From: Minisyncoccota bacterium
GTDB taxonomy: Bacteria > Patescibacteriota > Minisyncoccia > Phycocordibacterales > DATDWN01
Assembly (NCBI GenBank): GCA_036517395.1
Contig: DATDWN010000013.1
Coordinates: 2,191 to 66,190, forward strand
Length of the DNA: 64,000 bases
Reading direction: 5' to 3'
Below are positions 18,256-28,316 of the stretch, piece after piece; the first letter of the stretch is position 1, and each line of letters begins with the position of its first letter. The position numbers and the translations under genes were made by a program. The notes under the pieces are model-generated. The model had not been told where the DNA came from and ran no database searches. It worked only from the letters and a program-made list of their open reading frames with translations.

Positions 18256-19354
18256 AATTGAAATGACAATAAAAGAATTTGTTTTAAAAAATAAATATCA
18301 GTTGATAATTTTATTATGCGGAATTCTTGCGATTTTTGTTTCCTTTTTCTATATAGGATATAGTTCAGAGCTTGGCAGTGATGCCACTGAATTCAAACAA
18401 GCCTCTGAATTTTTGTCTTCCGGAAGCGTAGTTTCGCCTCAAATATTAATAAATAGAGTTTTAACTTCGCCCTTGTTTCTTCGGGCCTCGCTCTTGGTAG
18501 ATCTTTTTACGAAAGACATAAGAGTTAGTTTTTCTATAGTTAATGTTCTCTTTTATTTGATGCTTATAATAGCTTTTTACCATTTAGTTTTGGAAATCTA
18601 CAAAGAGGAGAAAGTGGCGCTTATTTCCACGCTTTTGGTTGTTTTTAATTATTATGTGATAGATCCCGGTAATGCTCATTTGGCCGACATGTCTGGCTGG
18701 TTTTTTCTTATAATCTCGACTTATTTTGCCGTTAAATATTTTAATACTCCAAATAAGAAATTTTATTTTTTATCAATATTATTTTCAGCCATAGGAGTTT
18801 TATTTAAAGAGTACGGCGGATTGGCCATTATTAATCTTGGGCTTCTGATTATTTTGTCGGATTTTTCTTGGAGAGAAAAGATTAAACAAGTTATAGTTGC
18901 GAGTTTGCTATTTATAATTCCACTCCTCGGATGGCATATTTTTGCTTATTTTAAATATCACATTACATATTTTGATAAATTTAAATATGTCGAAGCTATT
19001 TCTTCTGCGCCAGGGTATCAAAGTAAAAGCTTGATCATTTTTATAAAAATCTTAGGATGGCTATTTTCCGTTGGCTGGATTGCATTTCTGTACGGTTTTT
19101 GGAAAGAAATTGAAATAAAAAATAAAAATAGACTGAAGATTGTGATTGCTTGTTTTCCTGCAACAATGACATTTCTTATTTGGCCGGCGATCACTGAAAG
19201 ACTGGCGGTTATTTTGCTGTTTTGGCTTGCTCTGATAGCGGGTTTTGGTCTATCAAAAATTAGATGGTACGTCCTCTATCCATTTTTACTGACTTATATT
19301 TGGTTTAATTGCAATATAAAGATTTTGATAGCCATGATTAATCTGCCTTTCTAG
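18242..19354 (+). CDS. Multi-TM GT-C fold (PMT/ArnT-like) glycosyltransferase
   Basis: About 10 TM segments with GT-C-like D and KE residues, next to the GT2 and GtrA genes. The true start may be ATG 18263. Confidence 0.65.
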   Translation: MKLIRIEMTIKEFVLKNKYQLIILLCGILAIFVSFFYIGYSSELGSDATEFKQASEFLSSGSVVSPQILINRVLTSPLFLRASLLVDLFTKDIRVSFSIVNVLFYLMLIIAFYHLVLEIYKEEKVALISTLLVVFNYYVIDPGNAHLADMSGWFFLIISTYFAVKYFNTPNKKFYFLSILFSAIGVLFKEYGGLAIINLGLLIILSDFSWREKIKQVIVASLLFIIPLLGWHIFAYFKYHITYFDKFKYVEAISSAPGYQSKSLIIFIKILGWLFSVGWIAFLYGFWKEIEIKNKNRLKIVIACFPATMTFLIWPAITERLAVILLFWLALIAGFGLSKIRWYVLYPFLLTYIWFNCNIKILIAMINLPF

Positions 19355-20325
19355 ATCAAGTTGTATTTAACAAGCAAGTCAAAGTAGGGAATTTTGTTTC
19401 TTATCTGATCCAGCACAATACTATATTTACTTATGGCCGTTTCTTTGAGCTCCGGAAATTTGTTTTTCAAATCTTCAACCATAAAGTCTCTTATAGCCCA
19501 CATAATGTCTCTCTCTTTTTGATTTGCCGGCGTGTAAACGTCTTCAACCAATCCTATGTCAACCGAGAAAAATTTTCCTGTAGCCAAAAGTTTACTAGCC
19601 TCACCTTGGTCCACAGAAAATGACAGGAAATTCTGTTGAGACAAGTCAATATAAACACGGCTTCTCTTCTGTCTTATGGTAAATATATGATGGAGGTTGT
19701 AGGGGTTAAGTCCAATAGTCTCCAGAGCTTTCTTGAAGTCACCCCTTTCTGCTTTATCCACCAACTTGAGGAGAGGAGCCATGTCATCTCTGGTTGCATT
19801 TTTCTGGCTCAAAACGTTTGTCTCTACTTTGAATTTCAGCTCTGTTCGCAAGTCGAACTGTCCCATAGGCGTAGCTTTTACTTGTACCAGTTCGCGCCCA
19901 CTTTTCGGGTCTTCAGCATTTGTTGTGTTTATCCTAGAGCGGTATCTCGCACTGTTCTGGGATTTATCAAGGTCTAGATTTGAGGTATCGTAGTATTCAT
20001 CTGTAAACTCGCTTACGTCCATTTTGTTTTCTCCTGTTATGTTTAGGTCCGGAAATCTCTGTTTCATCAAATCCATATGATCAATATAAGTGTCACGCAA
20101 GTATTGATAAACTTTATCAGCTTGTTTCTGAGGAATAGAAAGAGTTATTTGGCTATCCACTCTTGCCGCGTTTATTCCATAGCCGGCTGCGTGGGTATTC
20201 TGGTTAAATCCAAAAGTCTCTTCGACTAAGACATTTTTTCGCTCTGGATATGGTTTAACTCCCAGAATATAAAGAAAAGAGAGCGTGATAACAATTAGTA
20301 AAATGGCGACAGCAGAGGATTTCAT
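19351..20325 (-). CDS. Signal-anchored CYTH/VTC-like (triphosphate tunnel) domain protein
   Basis: Motifs DEYYDTSNLDL..SARYR, RTELKF, RQKRSR, SVDQG and SKY, with an N-terminal hydrophobic helix. Confidence 0.6.
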   Translation of the reverse strand: MKSSAVAILLIVITLSFLYILGVKPYPERKNVLVEETFGFNQNTHAAGYGINAARVDSQITLSIPQKQADKVYQYLRDTYIDHMDLMKQRFPDLNITGENKMDVSEFTDEYYDTSNLDLDKSQNSARYRSRINTTNAEDPKSGRELVQVKATPMGQFDLRTELKFKVETNVLSQKNATRDDMAPLLKLVDKAERGDFKKALETIGLNPYNLHHIFTIRQKRSRVYIDLSQQNFLSFSVDQGEASKLLATGKFFSVDIGLVEDVYTPANQKERDIMWAIRDFMVEDLKNKFPELKETAISKYSIVLDQIRNKIPYFDLLVKYNLI

Positions 20326-20414
20326 GTCGTCTAAATTATACAGAATGAAGGCTTTATGTCTATGTTCCAGCCTTATTGATTAAATGAGATTTTGGTCTAT
20401 AATGGTTGCTGTTT

Positions 20415-21716
20415 ATGAAAAAAGATCTATCAAAGCGTCCACTCTATGTACTAGGGGCTATTTTTCTAGTTGGCGCTATCTTGGCTACAAGCCTTGTCAT
20501 TGTCGCCATGCGGGATTACAGTCTACGTCTTCGGCTTCTCCATAATCCAGCCATCCAATATTTTAAGCATTCATATAACTCGTTTCGTAAGCTTTCCGAT
20601 ATAGTATTTCTACCTTATCTTTTTGCAGAGTCGAACCTGCCGGTGTATGACCTAAATGTTTCTGTAAATAACACCATGAGCATGAACGAAGCTCTATCAC
20701 CCGATCCTATTTCAGGGAGGATGACCGATGATAACGCCCCCTACGTCAAGGCTCTTTTTGAAGACAAATCGATTGGTTTTGTAGATACCATCGATTTGAG
20801 ATACCGCGGACAGGAGGCTAACCACTGGAACAGCCTCCAGAAGTCTTATCGTATAAGATTTGACGATAAAAATTTATGGGGTGGGAAGCGTCTAGTCAAT
20901 TTTATAATTCCTTATGACAGGTTTTACTATATAGAGCCTATGAATATGTATAGAGCAAAGAAGTTTGGTCTTATCGATGTACCGATGAAGTTTGTTAGAC
21001 TAAATCTCAATGGCACAGACAATGGTGTTTATCTGATGTTTGAGCAGTGGTCGCCGGAATTTTTGGAGAAGAAAGGCTTGCCTCAAGGAAAAATATTCTC
21101 CCTTGCTGACGGAGTTTACCACGCCACGAAACTTTCCGACTACGTTAATACATTCGACGAAAAAGGTGATGTAAAAAAAGAGGAACTAGCTGAACTTTTT
21201 TTTCTCCGAGACAAATCCGATGTCAGCACTTTCAAAAGGAAATTACCTCAGATCATGGATATGGATAAATTGTACCACTGGAACATACTCAATATTCTGG
21301 CCAGAAGCAATCACCAGAACGAGGCCGACAATCTTCTTTTGTACTGGAATGATGTTACTCTAAAATTTGAGATGATTCCGTGGGATATAGAGATATATCC
21401 TCCAGAGAATCCTTACACCGATTCCGTTTCTCTTCTTATGAAAAGAGTTTTGTCGATTCCGGAATTTCGGGCAAGACGGGACGAGCTCTTGAGGCAATAT
21501 ATAGAAAATCCCAAGAATTTGGAGGATGACCTAGCTTTTTATGATAAGCTAGAGAAAGAAACCAAGATCGATTTTCTGAAAGATAACAGTAAGCTTCAGA
21601 CGGATTTCACTTATCTCTCTAACATAAAAAAATACAGGCGCTTTGTCGCTCTCGATTTCGAGAAGGCTAAGGAAATACTCTCTTTGCCAAAAGACTATTA
21701 TGGAGATGGACACTAA
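20415..21716 (+). CDS. CotH family kinase
   Basis: Motifs LRYRG, QKSYRIRF, LNLNG...GVYLMFEQ and FEMIPWD, with an N-terminal TM. Confidence 0.82.
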   Translation: MKKDLSKRPLYVLGAIFLVGAILATSLVIVAMRDYSLRLRLLHNPAIQYFKHSYNSFRKLSDIVFLPYLFAESNLPVYDLNVSVNNTMSMNEALSPDPISGRMTDDNAPYVKALFEDKSIGFVDTIDLRYRGQEANHWNSLQKSYRIRFDDKNLWGGKRLVNFIIPYDRFYYIEPMNMYRAKKFGLIDVPMKFVRLNLNGTDNGVYLMFEQWSPEFLEKKGLPQGKIFSLADGVYHATKLSDYVNTFDEKGDVKKEELAELFFLRDKSDVSTFKRKLPQIMDMDKLYHWNILNILARSNHQNEADNLLLYWNDVTLKFEMIPWDIEIYPPENPYTDSVSLLMKRVLSIPEFRARRDELLRQYIENPKNLEDDLAFYDKLEKETKIDFLKDNSKLQTDFTYLSNIKKYRRFVALDFEKAKEILSLPKDYYGDGH

Positions 21717-22470
21717 AGCACAAAATAAAAAAGAGGACAAGAAAGAAGAAGAATTTGCCCGTCTGGAATTTAAATATGTTCTCGATCCACTTATTTACAT
21801 GCAGGTGAGGAGCTTCATTGAATCCATAGGTTTGGAACATGATAGGTCTGTATTGGGCGGACTATACACAGTCACTAGCATATACTTCGACACTATCGGA
21901 TTGGACGACTACTATGACACCGCTGGGGGATTTTTAGATAGAAAAAAACTGCGCGTCAGAATCTATGACCGTGAGTTTGATAGCAAGAAAGAAATCCATT
22001 TTGAAGTCAAGAACAAACACGATATGTTTATTTTGAAAGACAGGGTGACTGTTGTGGGAAAAGAATGGCAGGATCTTCTGCGTGGAGACTTCAGAAAATT
22101 CTCGAAAGTCTTTGACGGCTTTATCTTAAGCGAAGGCAGAACACCAACCGTTATTGTTCGTTATGAAAGAGAGGCTTACGATTCTTGGTTTCATGGGCGA
22201 GTTCGTCTTACTTTCGATAGGAAGATAGAGGCCATACGACCGGATTCCCTTGTCCATATAGACGAGTTATGGTACGATGTAAATCCGGTATACGAAGAAT
22301 ACGCCAACGAATACACCTCTTCCCCTACGGTTTTGGAGATAAAGTTCGGGGACAAACTTCCGTGGTGGTTTTCTTTCATGGTCAGGAAGTTTGACTTACA
22401 GCGCAGCGTTTTTTCAAAATATTCGAGATCGATTGATGCCCTTTATAAGCACGACCCGCTCCCAAGATAA
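21700..22470 (+). CDS. VTC (polyphosphate polymerase) domain protein
   Basis: Motifs RLEFKY, SIYFDT, RKKLRVRIY, YEREAY, RLTFDR, VLEIKF and FSKY. Confidence 0.9.
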   Translation: MEMDTKAQNKKEDKKEEEFARLEFKYVLDPLIYMQVRSFIESIGLEHDRSVLGGLYTVTSIYFDTIGLDDYYDTAGGFLDRKKLRVRIYDREFDSKKEIHFEVKNKHDMFILKDRVTVVGKEWQDLLRGDFRKFSKVFDGFILSEGRTPTVIVRYEREAYDSWFHGRVRLTFDRKIEAIRPDSLVHIDELWYDVNPVYEEYANEYTSSPTVLEIKFGDKLPWWFSFMVRKFDLQRSVFSKYSRSIDALYKHDPLPR

Positions 22471-22497
22471 TTACAAAAATAAAAAAATATAGAGAAT

Positions 22498-23184
22498 ATG
22501 ACTAACCCATTGGATTTTTACAATTTTACTGGCACAGAATTTTCAGCCGCTCTGGTCGTGTTTAACTTAGGATTATCGTTTCTTCTCCAACTTGTTATAG
22601 TCTGGGTCTATAAAAAAACTCATCGCGGACTTTCCCATTCCCAATCTTTTCTTTTTACTCTGGTCATCATAGGAGTTCTTGGCACGGTTGTTCTTATGGT
22701 TGTCCGAAATAACTTGGTTGGCGCCTTCGCTCTCCTTGGCGCTTTTTCATTAATCCGTTTTCGAACAATTGTTAAAGAAACTCGAGATGTGGCTTTCGTC
22801 TTTTTTGCTCTGGCTATGGGGGTTGCTGTAGGAACAAACAACTACTCTATTGCTCTCATTGCAACCTTCTGTATTTCGGCCATGATACTCTCTCTTTCCA
22901 AATACGGCTTTGGTCTTATAAACAAAGAGGGCAGTCTGGGATATGTTCTGACTATGGAAACCAGCCGAGAGTTTTCGGCGGAGGCCATGAAAGAAAAGCT
23001 GTCATCCTATTCCATTTCCGAGATGCTCCATTCAAAATATAAACAAGGTGTCGGAGGGCACTACGCCTTCTCTGTCCATTTCAGGGATTCCTCCGGCTTA
23101 AATAAACTTTCTGAAGATTTGAAGAAAACTTCAGGCATTGAACATTTTGAGTTCATAACCTCAAAAAATAGTGTTGAGTATTAA
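22498..23184 (+). CDS. DUF4956 membrane protein
   Basis: Motif GAFSLIRFRT..KETRD, directly after the VTC gene. Confidence 0.88.
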   Translation: MTNPLDFYNFTGTEFSAALVVFNLGLSFLLQLVIVWVYKKTHRGLSHSQSFLFTLVIIGVLGTVVLMVVRNNLVGAFALLGAFSLIRFRTIVKETRDVAFVFFALAMGVAVGTNNYSIALIATFCISAMILSLSKYGFGLINKEGSLGYVLTMETSREFSAEAMKEKLSSYSISEMLHSKYKQGVGGHYAFSVHFRDSSGLNKLSEDLKKTSGIEHFEFITSKNSVEY

Positions 23185-23186
23185 TC

Positions 23187-24884
23187 TTGATTACGATGCA
23201 ACAGGTCAAAGATTTTTTTGCTAAAAAGGAATGGTTTTTTGTTGCTTGTCTTGTTCTGGTCTTCATACTGATTCGCCTCTCTGGAGTTCATTTGCCTCTA
23301 CATCAAGATGAGTATAAATGGCCTATTGTGGTCAATCCAGCCAACACAAGTGGCATATCTATTCCTCATCCGCCGCTTTCCGAGTTTATCTATCGTATGG
23401 CGGGGGAAATTGTCGGATTCAACGTTAATTTTCGGTTCGTCCCGCTGTTTTTTGGATCAATAAATCTGATTCTTTTGTTTTATCTGGTTAAAAGTTTGTT
23501 TGGCAAAAAAGAGGCTGTGGTGGCGTCTTTGATTTGGATTTTCTCTTATTTTTCTGTTCTGGCTTCTCTTATGGTGGATACGGACGGGGAGATTTTGCCT
23601 TTCTTTTTTCTGCTTTCACTTATCGCTTATTACAAAACCCGCATCTCTACGGGCAGAAAACTGTACATATGGATGGCTCTGCTCGTTATTTTCTGCATCC
23701 TCGGATTTATGGTCAAGGTTAGTTTCATCATTGCTATTGGAGCTATTGTAGCTGACTTTTTGTGGGACAGGAGAAAAAATATAACCAAAAAAGAGGCTCT
23801 GAAATATATAGGTTTCGGAGTTTTAGCTATTATCGCTCTGGCTATACTTTTAGCCGCTGCTCATTTCGCTTTCTCTTTTTTTGATTTGTCTAAGGCTCTT
23901 GTTTACTGGGAGCACTTTATCATAAGCAAGCGGGATTGGTTTCAGATATTTATACAGTGTGTTAAGGCTTTGCTCTACTCCTCTCCGTTTTTAGTTCTCC
24001 TTCCGTTTTTTGGTGAAAAAGAGGATTTTTCAAAGGTCAGGGTATTTGTCTTCTTTCTTATTTTGGCCTTTATTTTTTACATAGTATTGTTTGACTTCTC
24101 CATAGGGGCCTTGGACAGATATTTTCAGCTTCTTATACTGCCACTATCTGTTTTCTCTTCCATAATCATAGTTAAATCTTTTGAACCCAAACCCGCTCGA
24201 GCAAAAGAGTTTTTGCTTCTGGGCTCTGCTGTTGCTCTAATTTTTATTTTACTTCAATCCTTACCTCATTTTGTTCCTGCTCTCCACCCAAAATCCGAAT
24301 GGATAAGTCGAGTGATTAGTCTCCGGTGGAACTTCGTCTATCCTTTTTCCGGCGGTTCTGGCCCTTTAGGATTTTATGTTTCCTTTTTGTTTATGGCACT
24401 CTCTTGGATTGTCACGTTTTGCTCTCTTGTCCTTGCCAAAATAAAACCAAACTATAAAACTCTTTCAATTATGTTTCTTATTCCTATTGGTGTTGCTTAC
24501 AACGGCATTTTTATTGAGGAATATTTAGTTGGTCTGTGGAATGGTCATGCTCCGACTTTGGTTACTCACGCAGTAGAATTTATTAAAAATGACTCAGATA
24601 TAAAATTTGTCACGGTTTACAACGACAATGGTGGCAACGAGATTATGGACATCGGCAAGTATCGAAAGCGACTTTATTTTGATCCCAAACTCAATCAGCA
24701 GAAAAAAGTTAGAAGTTTTAATGAATTCAAAGAGTATTATTTTGTCTTGGATGTGCCCAGACTTGATCCAACCAGTTTCTACCAAAAGTATTTTGACTCT
24801 TGCCAAATAGTCTATAGTGAAGTTGATAAAAAAATGACTTCTATTATTTATGATTGCAGATCTGCTCCAGATATAAGTCTCTAA
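23187..24884 (+). CDS. Multi-TM GT-C fold glycosyltransferase (GT39/83-like)
   Basis: HQDE, HPPL and RFVPLFFG motifs, about 13 TM segments and a soluble C-terminal domain. Confidence 0.75.
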   Translation: MITMQQVKDFFAKKEWFFVACLVLVFILIRLSGVHLPLHQDEYKWPIVVNPANTSGISIPHPPLSEFIYRMAGEIVGFNVNFRFVPLFFGSINLILLFYLVKSLFGKKEAVVASLIWIFSYFSVLASLMVDTDGEILPFFFLLSLIAYYKTRISTGRKLYIWMALLVIFCILGFMVKVSFIIAIGAIVADFLWDRRKNITKKEALKYIGFGVLAIIALAILLAAAHFAFSFFDLSKALVYWEHFIISKRDWFQIFIQCVKALLYSSPFLVLLPFFGEKEDFSKVRVFVFFLILAFIFYIVLFDFSIGALDRYFQLLILPLSVFSSIIIVKSFEPKPARAKEFLLLGSAVALIFILLQSLPHFVPALHPKSEWISRVISLRWNFVYPFSGGSGPLGFYVSFLFMALSWIVTFCSLVLAKIKPNYKTLSIMFLIPIGVAYNGIFIEEYLVGLWNGHAPTLVTHAVEFIKNDSDIKFVTVYNDNGGNEIMDIGKYRKRLYFDPKLNQQKKVRSFNEFKEYYFVLDVPRLDPTSFYQKYFDSCQIVYSEVDKKMTSIIYDCRSAPDISL

Positions 24885-24950
24885 ATAGGGAATTCCAAGC
24901 CGGTTTCTTTTTGCTTTTTTCGTGTTAATATGACCAGATGCAAAGAATTT

Positions 24951-25087
24951 ATCCGCACACCAACATTGCCATTGTTCTGCTTTTTCAATAATTACTCTGA
25001 TAGATTTTGATAAAACATGACAGAAACAAATAATATGGGTATTTCCGAGCAGAACATAAAAAGAGATGGCAATGTTGGTGTGCGGAT
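24951..25087. mobile_element. MITE-like inverted-repeat element, copy 2 (137 bp)
   Basis: ATCCGCACACCAACATTGCCAT / ATGGCAATGTTGGTGTGCGGAT. Confidence 0.75.
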
Positions 25088-26204
25088 AAAAATTCTCTTT
25101 ATTATAGGCAATTTGGACGTCGGGGGAGCGGAAAAGCTTATAATCAATCAGGTTAAAAACATAGATAAAAACAAGTTTGTACCTCACTTGTGTACACTGT
25201 TTCCTTATGGAGACAATAATTATTCCGAGGTTTGGAAGGAACTCTCAGATATTCCATATCACAGATTTAATTTCAAAGGCCCGTATGATGTTTTTAGCTG
25301 GATAAAAGTGTGGTCTATTTTACGTAAGGAAAAATTTGATATATTCTGTTGCCACTTGTTTGAGTCGAACTTTATTATTCGAATACTAAATCTTTTTGTA
25401 GGCAGAAAACCAGTTTTCATTTTTGAACATAATGTTTATTTTAAAAAACAATGGTGGAAGATTTTAGCAGACAAGATATTGGCCAAGAAAACATCCAAAA
25501 TATTTGTCGATTCTCACGCTATTTTAAACTTTACTTCGGATCAGGAAAATATAGACAAGGATAAATTTGCAATCCTGCCCTATCCTATCGAACTATTGGG
25601 AGATAAGACTTTTGATTTGGCTAAAATAAAACATGATCTTGGATTACCCGACAATGCTTTTATCATCGGAACGGTAGCCCGTTTCGTTGAGCAGAAAGGC
25701 CTACCATATTTTATACAAGCTGCCGCTAAAATTTTGGAAAAAACCAAGCGTGAAGATATTTATTTTCTCCTTGTTGGCTACGGCAAAATGGAGCTAGATT
25801 TACGCATGATGGTGGATGACCTAAAAATAAATTCTCGATTACTCATTAGTCCTCCGAAAGACATAAAAGAAATTTTGCCTATTTTTGATATATTTGTTGT
25901 TCCATCTTTGTGGGAAGGTCAGCCAATCGCCATGTTGGAAGCCATGGCCTCAGGTCGCTCGGTTGTGGCAACAAAAGTCGGCGGTATTCCTGAAATATTG
26001 ATTGATGGGAAAAACGGTTTACTCTCGGAGCCGAAAGATCCCAATTCATTAGCCAAGGCTATTACTAAAATGTTGGAAGACGAGAAACTGCGAGTACGAG
26101 TTGGTATAGAGGCCAAAGGCACAGCTCACAACTATAGTATGCCAATCTATATAAACAAACTAGAGAAATATTTTCTCGATGCATATAATGAAAACGAAAA
26201 TTAA
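25017..26204 (+). CDS. Glycosyltransferase family 4 (N-terminus supplied by the IR element)
   Basis: Motifs GGAEK and PSLWEGQPIAMLEAMASG. Confidence 0.92.
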   Translation: MTETNNMGISEQNIKRDGNVGVRIKILFIIGNLDVGGAEKLIINQVKNIDKNKFVPHLCTLFPYGDNNYSEVWKELSDIPYHRFNFKGPYDVFSWIKVWSILRKEKFDIFCCHLFESNFIIRILNLFVGRKPVFIFEHNVYFKKQWWKILADKILAKKTSKIFVDSHAILNFTSDQENIDKDKFAILPYPIELLGDKTFDLAKIKHDLGLPDNAFIIGTVARFVEQKGLPYFIQAAAKILEKTKREDIYFLLVGYGKMELDLRMMVDDLKINSRLLISPPKDIKEILPIFDIFVVPSLWEGQPIAMLEAMASGRSVVATKVGGIPEILIDGKNGLLSEPKDPNSLAKAITKMLEDEKLRVRVGIEAKGTAHNYSMPIYINKLEKYFLDAYNENEN

Positions 26205-26964
26205 ACAAGAAGCTATAAAATATTTTACTTCTCACTATCCTCTGGCCAGTCAAAAGGAAATAGACAAACAAGTCGAAGATTGGGAAAATAAATCTCGCTC
26301 AGCTGAAAGTCTACTTAAGTTTTTTGAAGAAAGGGTCGGTTTTGTGCGGGGCAAAAAAGTAATGGACGTTGGTTTTGGTAGTGGGGGAATATCCATGGCT
26401 TTTGCCAAGGCCGGAGCTATTGTTTCTGGTGTAGACGTTGATCCAGAGTTAAAAGATATAGCTGAAAGATTATTTTTAGCTGAGAATATTCAGGCTGATT
26501 TCAAAATATATGATGGTAGAAGTTTTCCTTACCCTGACAACTTTTTCAACTACGTTGTTTCTTCAAGCGTCTTGGAACACGTCAGTTTTCCTCTAGATGT
26601 GCTTAAAGAAATTTTGAGGGTACTGAAACCTCGAGGCAGAGTATTTCTTTCCCTTCCAAATAAATATTATCCTAAAGAAACTCATACCCTGGCTTATTTT
26701 GTAAGTTACATGCCAAGGGGCTGGGCAAATTTGTACCTGAGACTTTTAAAAAGAAGTCCTTTGGAAGACGACAATCTTCATTTTTACAGTTATTTTGATA
26801 TTGTCAAAATGCTCAATAAGACGGGTTATAAATATGAAATTTTATATAAAGAACTAGGCAAGGGTCTGGGTGTAAAGAAAACTTTGATTTTAATCCTAAA
26901 GTGGCTTAATATTCATTACACTGCATTTTTGAAACAGCTCATATTCATAATCGAGAAAAGCTAA
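26188..26964 (+). CDS. Class I SAM-dependent methyltransferase
   Basis: Motifs VMDVGFGSG, VLEHV and RVLKPRG. Confidence 0.9.
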   Translation: MKTKIKQEAIKYFTSHYPLASQKEIDKQVEDWENKSRSAESLLKFFEERVGFVRGKKVMDVGFGSGGISMAFAKAGAIVSGVDVDPELKDIAERLFLAENIQADFKIYDGRSFPYPDNFFNYVVSSSVLEHVSFPLDVLKEILRVLKPRGRVFLSLPNKYYPKETHTLAYFVSYMPRGWANLYLRLLKRSPLEDDNLHFYSYFDIVKMLNKTGYKYEILYKELGKGLGVKKTLILILKWLNIHYTAFLKQLIFIIEKS

Positions 26965-26971
26965 AACTATC

Positions 26972-28159
26972 ATGACAAAAAAAATGAAAGACAAAAATAA
27001 AGAGGACTACATTGTTTTCGGCACTCCCGCCATAGGAGAGGAGGAAATCGAGGAAGTGGTTAAAACTCTTCGCTCGGGCTGGCTTGGAACAGGACCAAAA
27101 GTGGCCAAGTTTGAAGAAATGATATGCCAGTTGACCGGAGCAAAATATGCCATGGCCGTGAACTCTTGTACCGCCGCTTTACACTTATCCCTTGTTGCTT
27201 CAGGTGTGGGCAAGGGTGATGAAGTTATAACTACCCCCCTGACTTTTTGTGCCACCGCCAACTCCATTATCCATTGCGGAGCCACTCCGGTTTTTGTCGA
27301 TGTTGATATGAAAACCATGAATATTGATGAAGACAGAATAGAAAAAGCCATCACAAAAAAGACCCGAGCTATTATGCCGGTTGATTTATTGGGTAGACCA
27401 GCTGATTTAGACAAGATTATGAAAATAGCCAAAAAGCACAATCTTCTGGTTATTGAAGACGCGGCTCATGCTATAGGAGCAGAATACAAGGGTAGGAAAA
27501 TTGGAAGCATTGCTGACCTGACCTGTCTCAGTTTTTATGTTACTAAGAACATTATGACAGGTGAAGGTGGCATGGTTTTGACTGACAATAAAGAATATGC
27601 CGATAAAATAAAAATACTGGCTCTTCATGGCATGTCCAAAGATGCATGGAAAAGATTTTCTGACGACGGCTACAGACACTATGAGGTGGTTTATCCAGGG
27701 TTTAAATACAATATGATGGACATCCAAGCCTCGCTGGGAATTCACCAACTGAAAAAGATAGATGAGTATGACAAAAAAAGAAAGTTGATTTGGGATTTTT
27801 ATAACAGAAAATTGAAGAATTTGCCAATAGGTCTGCCAAGTTACAAATGTAAAGATATAAAACACGTTATGCATCTATACACGGTTTTGGTTGATGAGCA
27901 AAAATCAGGAATATCCAGAGATAAGTTCATGCAAGAGCTTCATGTCCGCGGTATAGGAACCGGAGTGCACTATAATCCAGTTCATTTACACAAATATTAT
28001 CGCGATACCTATGGTTACAAAATCGGTGATTATCCAAACGCGGAATATATTGGTGCAAGGACTGTTTCTCTGCCGCTTTCGGCAAAACTTACAATGGACG
28101 AAGCAAAAAGAGTTGTTAAGGCGGTCAAGGAAGTGCTGGGAAGAAAAAAATCTAAATAA
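26972..28159 (+). CDS. DegT/DnrJ/EryC1/StrS sugar aminotransferase
   Basis: Motifs NSCTAALHL, IEDAAHA, SFYVTKN.TGEGG and GFKYNM. Confidence 0.95.
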   Translation: MTKKMKDKNKEDYIVFGTPAIGEEEIEEVVKTLRSGWLGTGPKVAKFEEMICQLTGAKYAMAVNSCTAALHLSLVASGVGKGDEVITTPLTFCATANSIIHCGATPVFVDVDMKTMNIDEDRIEKAITKKTRAIMPVDLLGRPADLDKIMKIAKKHNLLVIEDAAHAIGAEYKGRKIGSIADLTCLSFYVTKNIMTGEGGMVLTDNKEYADKIKILALHGMSKDAWKRFSDDGYRHYEVVYPGFKYNMMDIQASLGIHQLKKIDEYDKKRKLIWDFYNRKLKNLPIGLPSYKCKDIKHVMHLYTVLVDEQKSGISRDKFMQELHVRGIGTGVHYNPVHLHKYYRDTYGYKIGDYPNAEYIGARTVSLPLSAKLTMDEAKRVVKAVKEVLGRKKSK

Positions 28160-28180
28160 AGATTATGCAGAAGAAAATAA

Positions 28181-28316
28181 ATCCGCACACCAACTTTGTC
28201 ATTGTTCTGTTTTTTCAAACTAGTATTTTCGTTTTTTGAATATCACTCCCAAAATAGATTCGTATATAACATATGTTTCAGAACACAAAAAATCATGACA
28301 AAGTTGGTGTGCGGAT
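28181..28316. mobile_element. MITE-like inverted-repeat element, copy 3 (136 bp)
   Basis: ATCCGCACACCAACTTTGTCAT / ATGACAAAGTTGGTGTGCGGAT, with TAAA duplicated around TCC...GGA. Confidence 0.8.
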
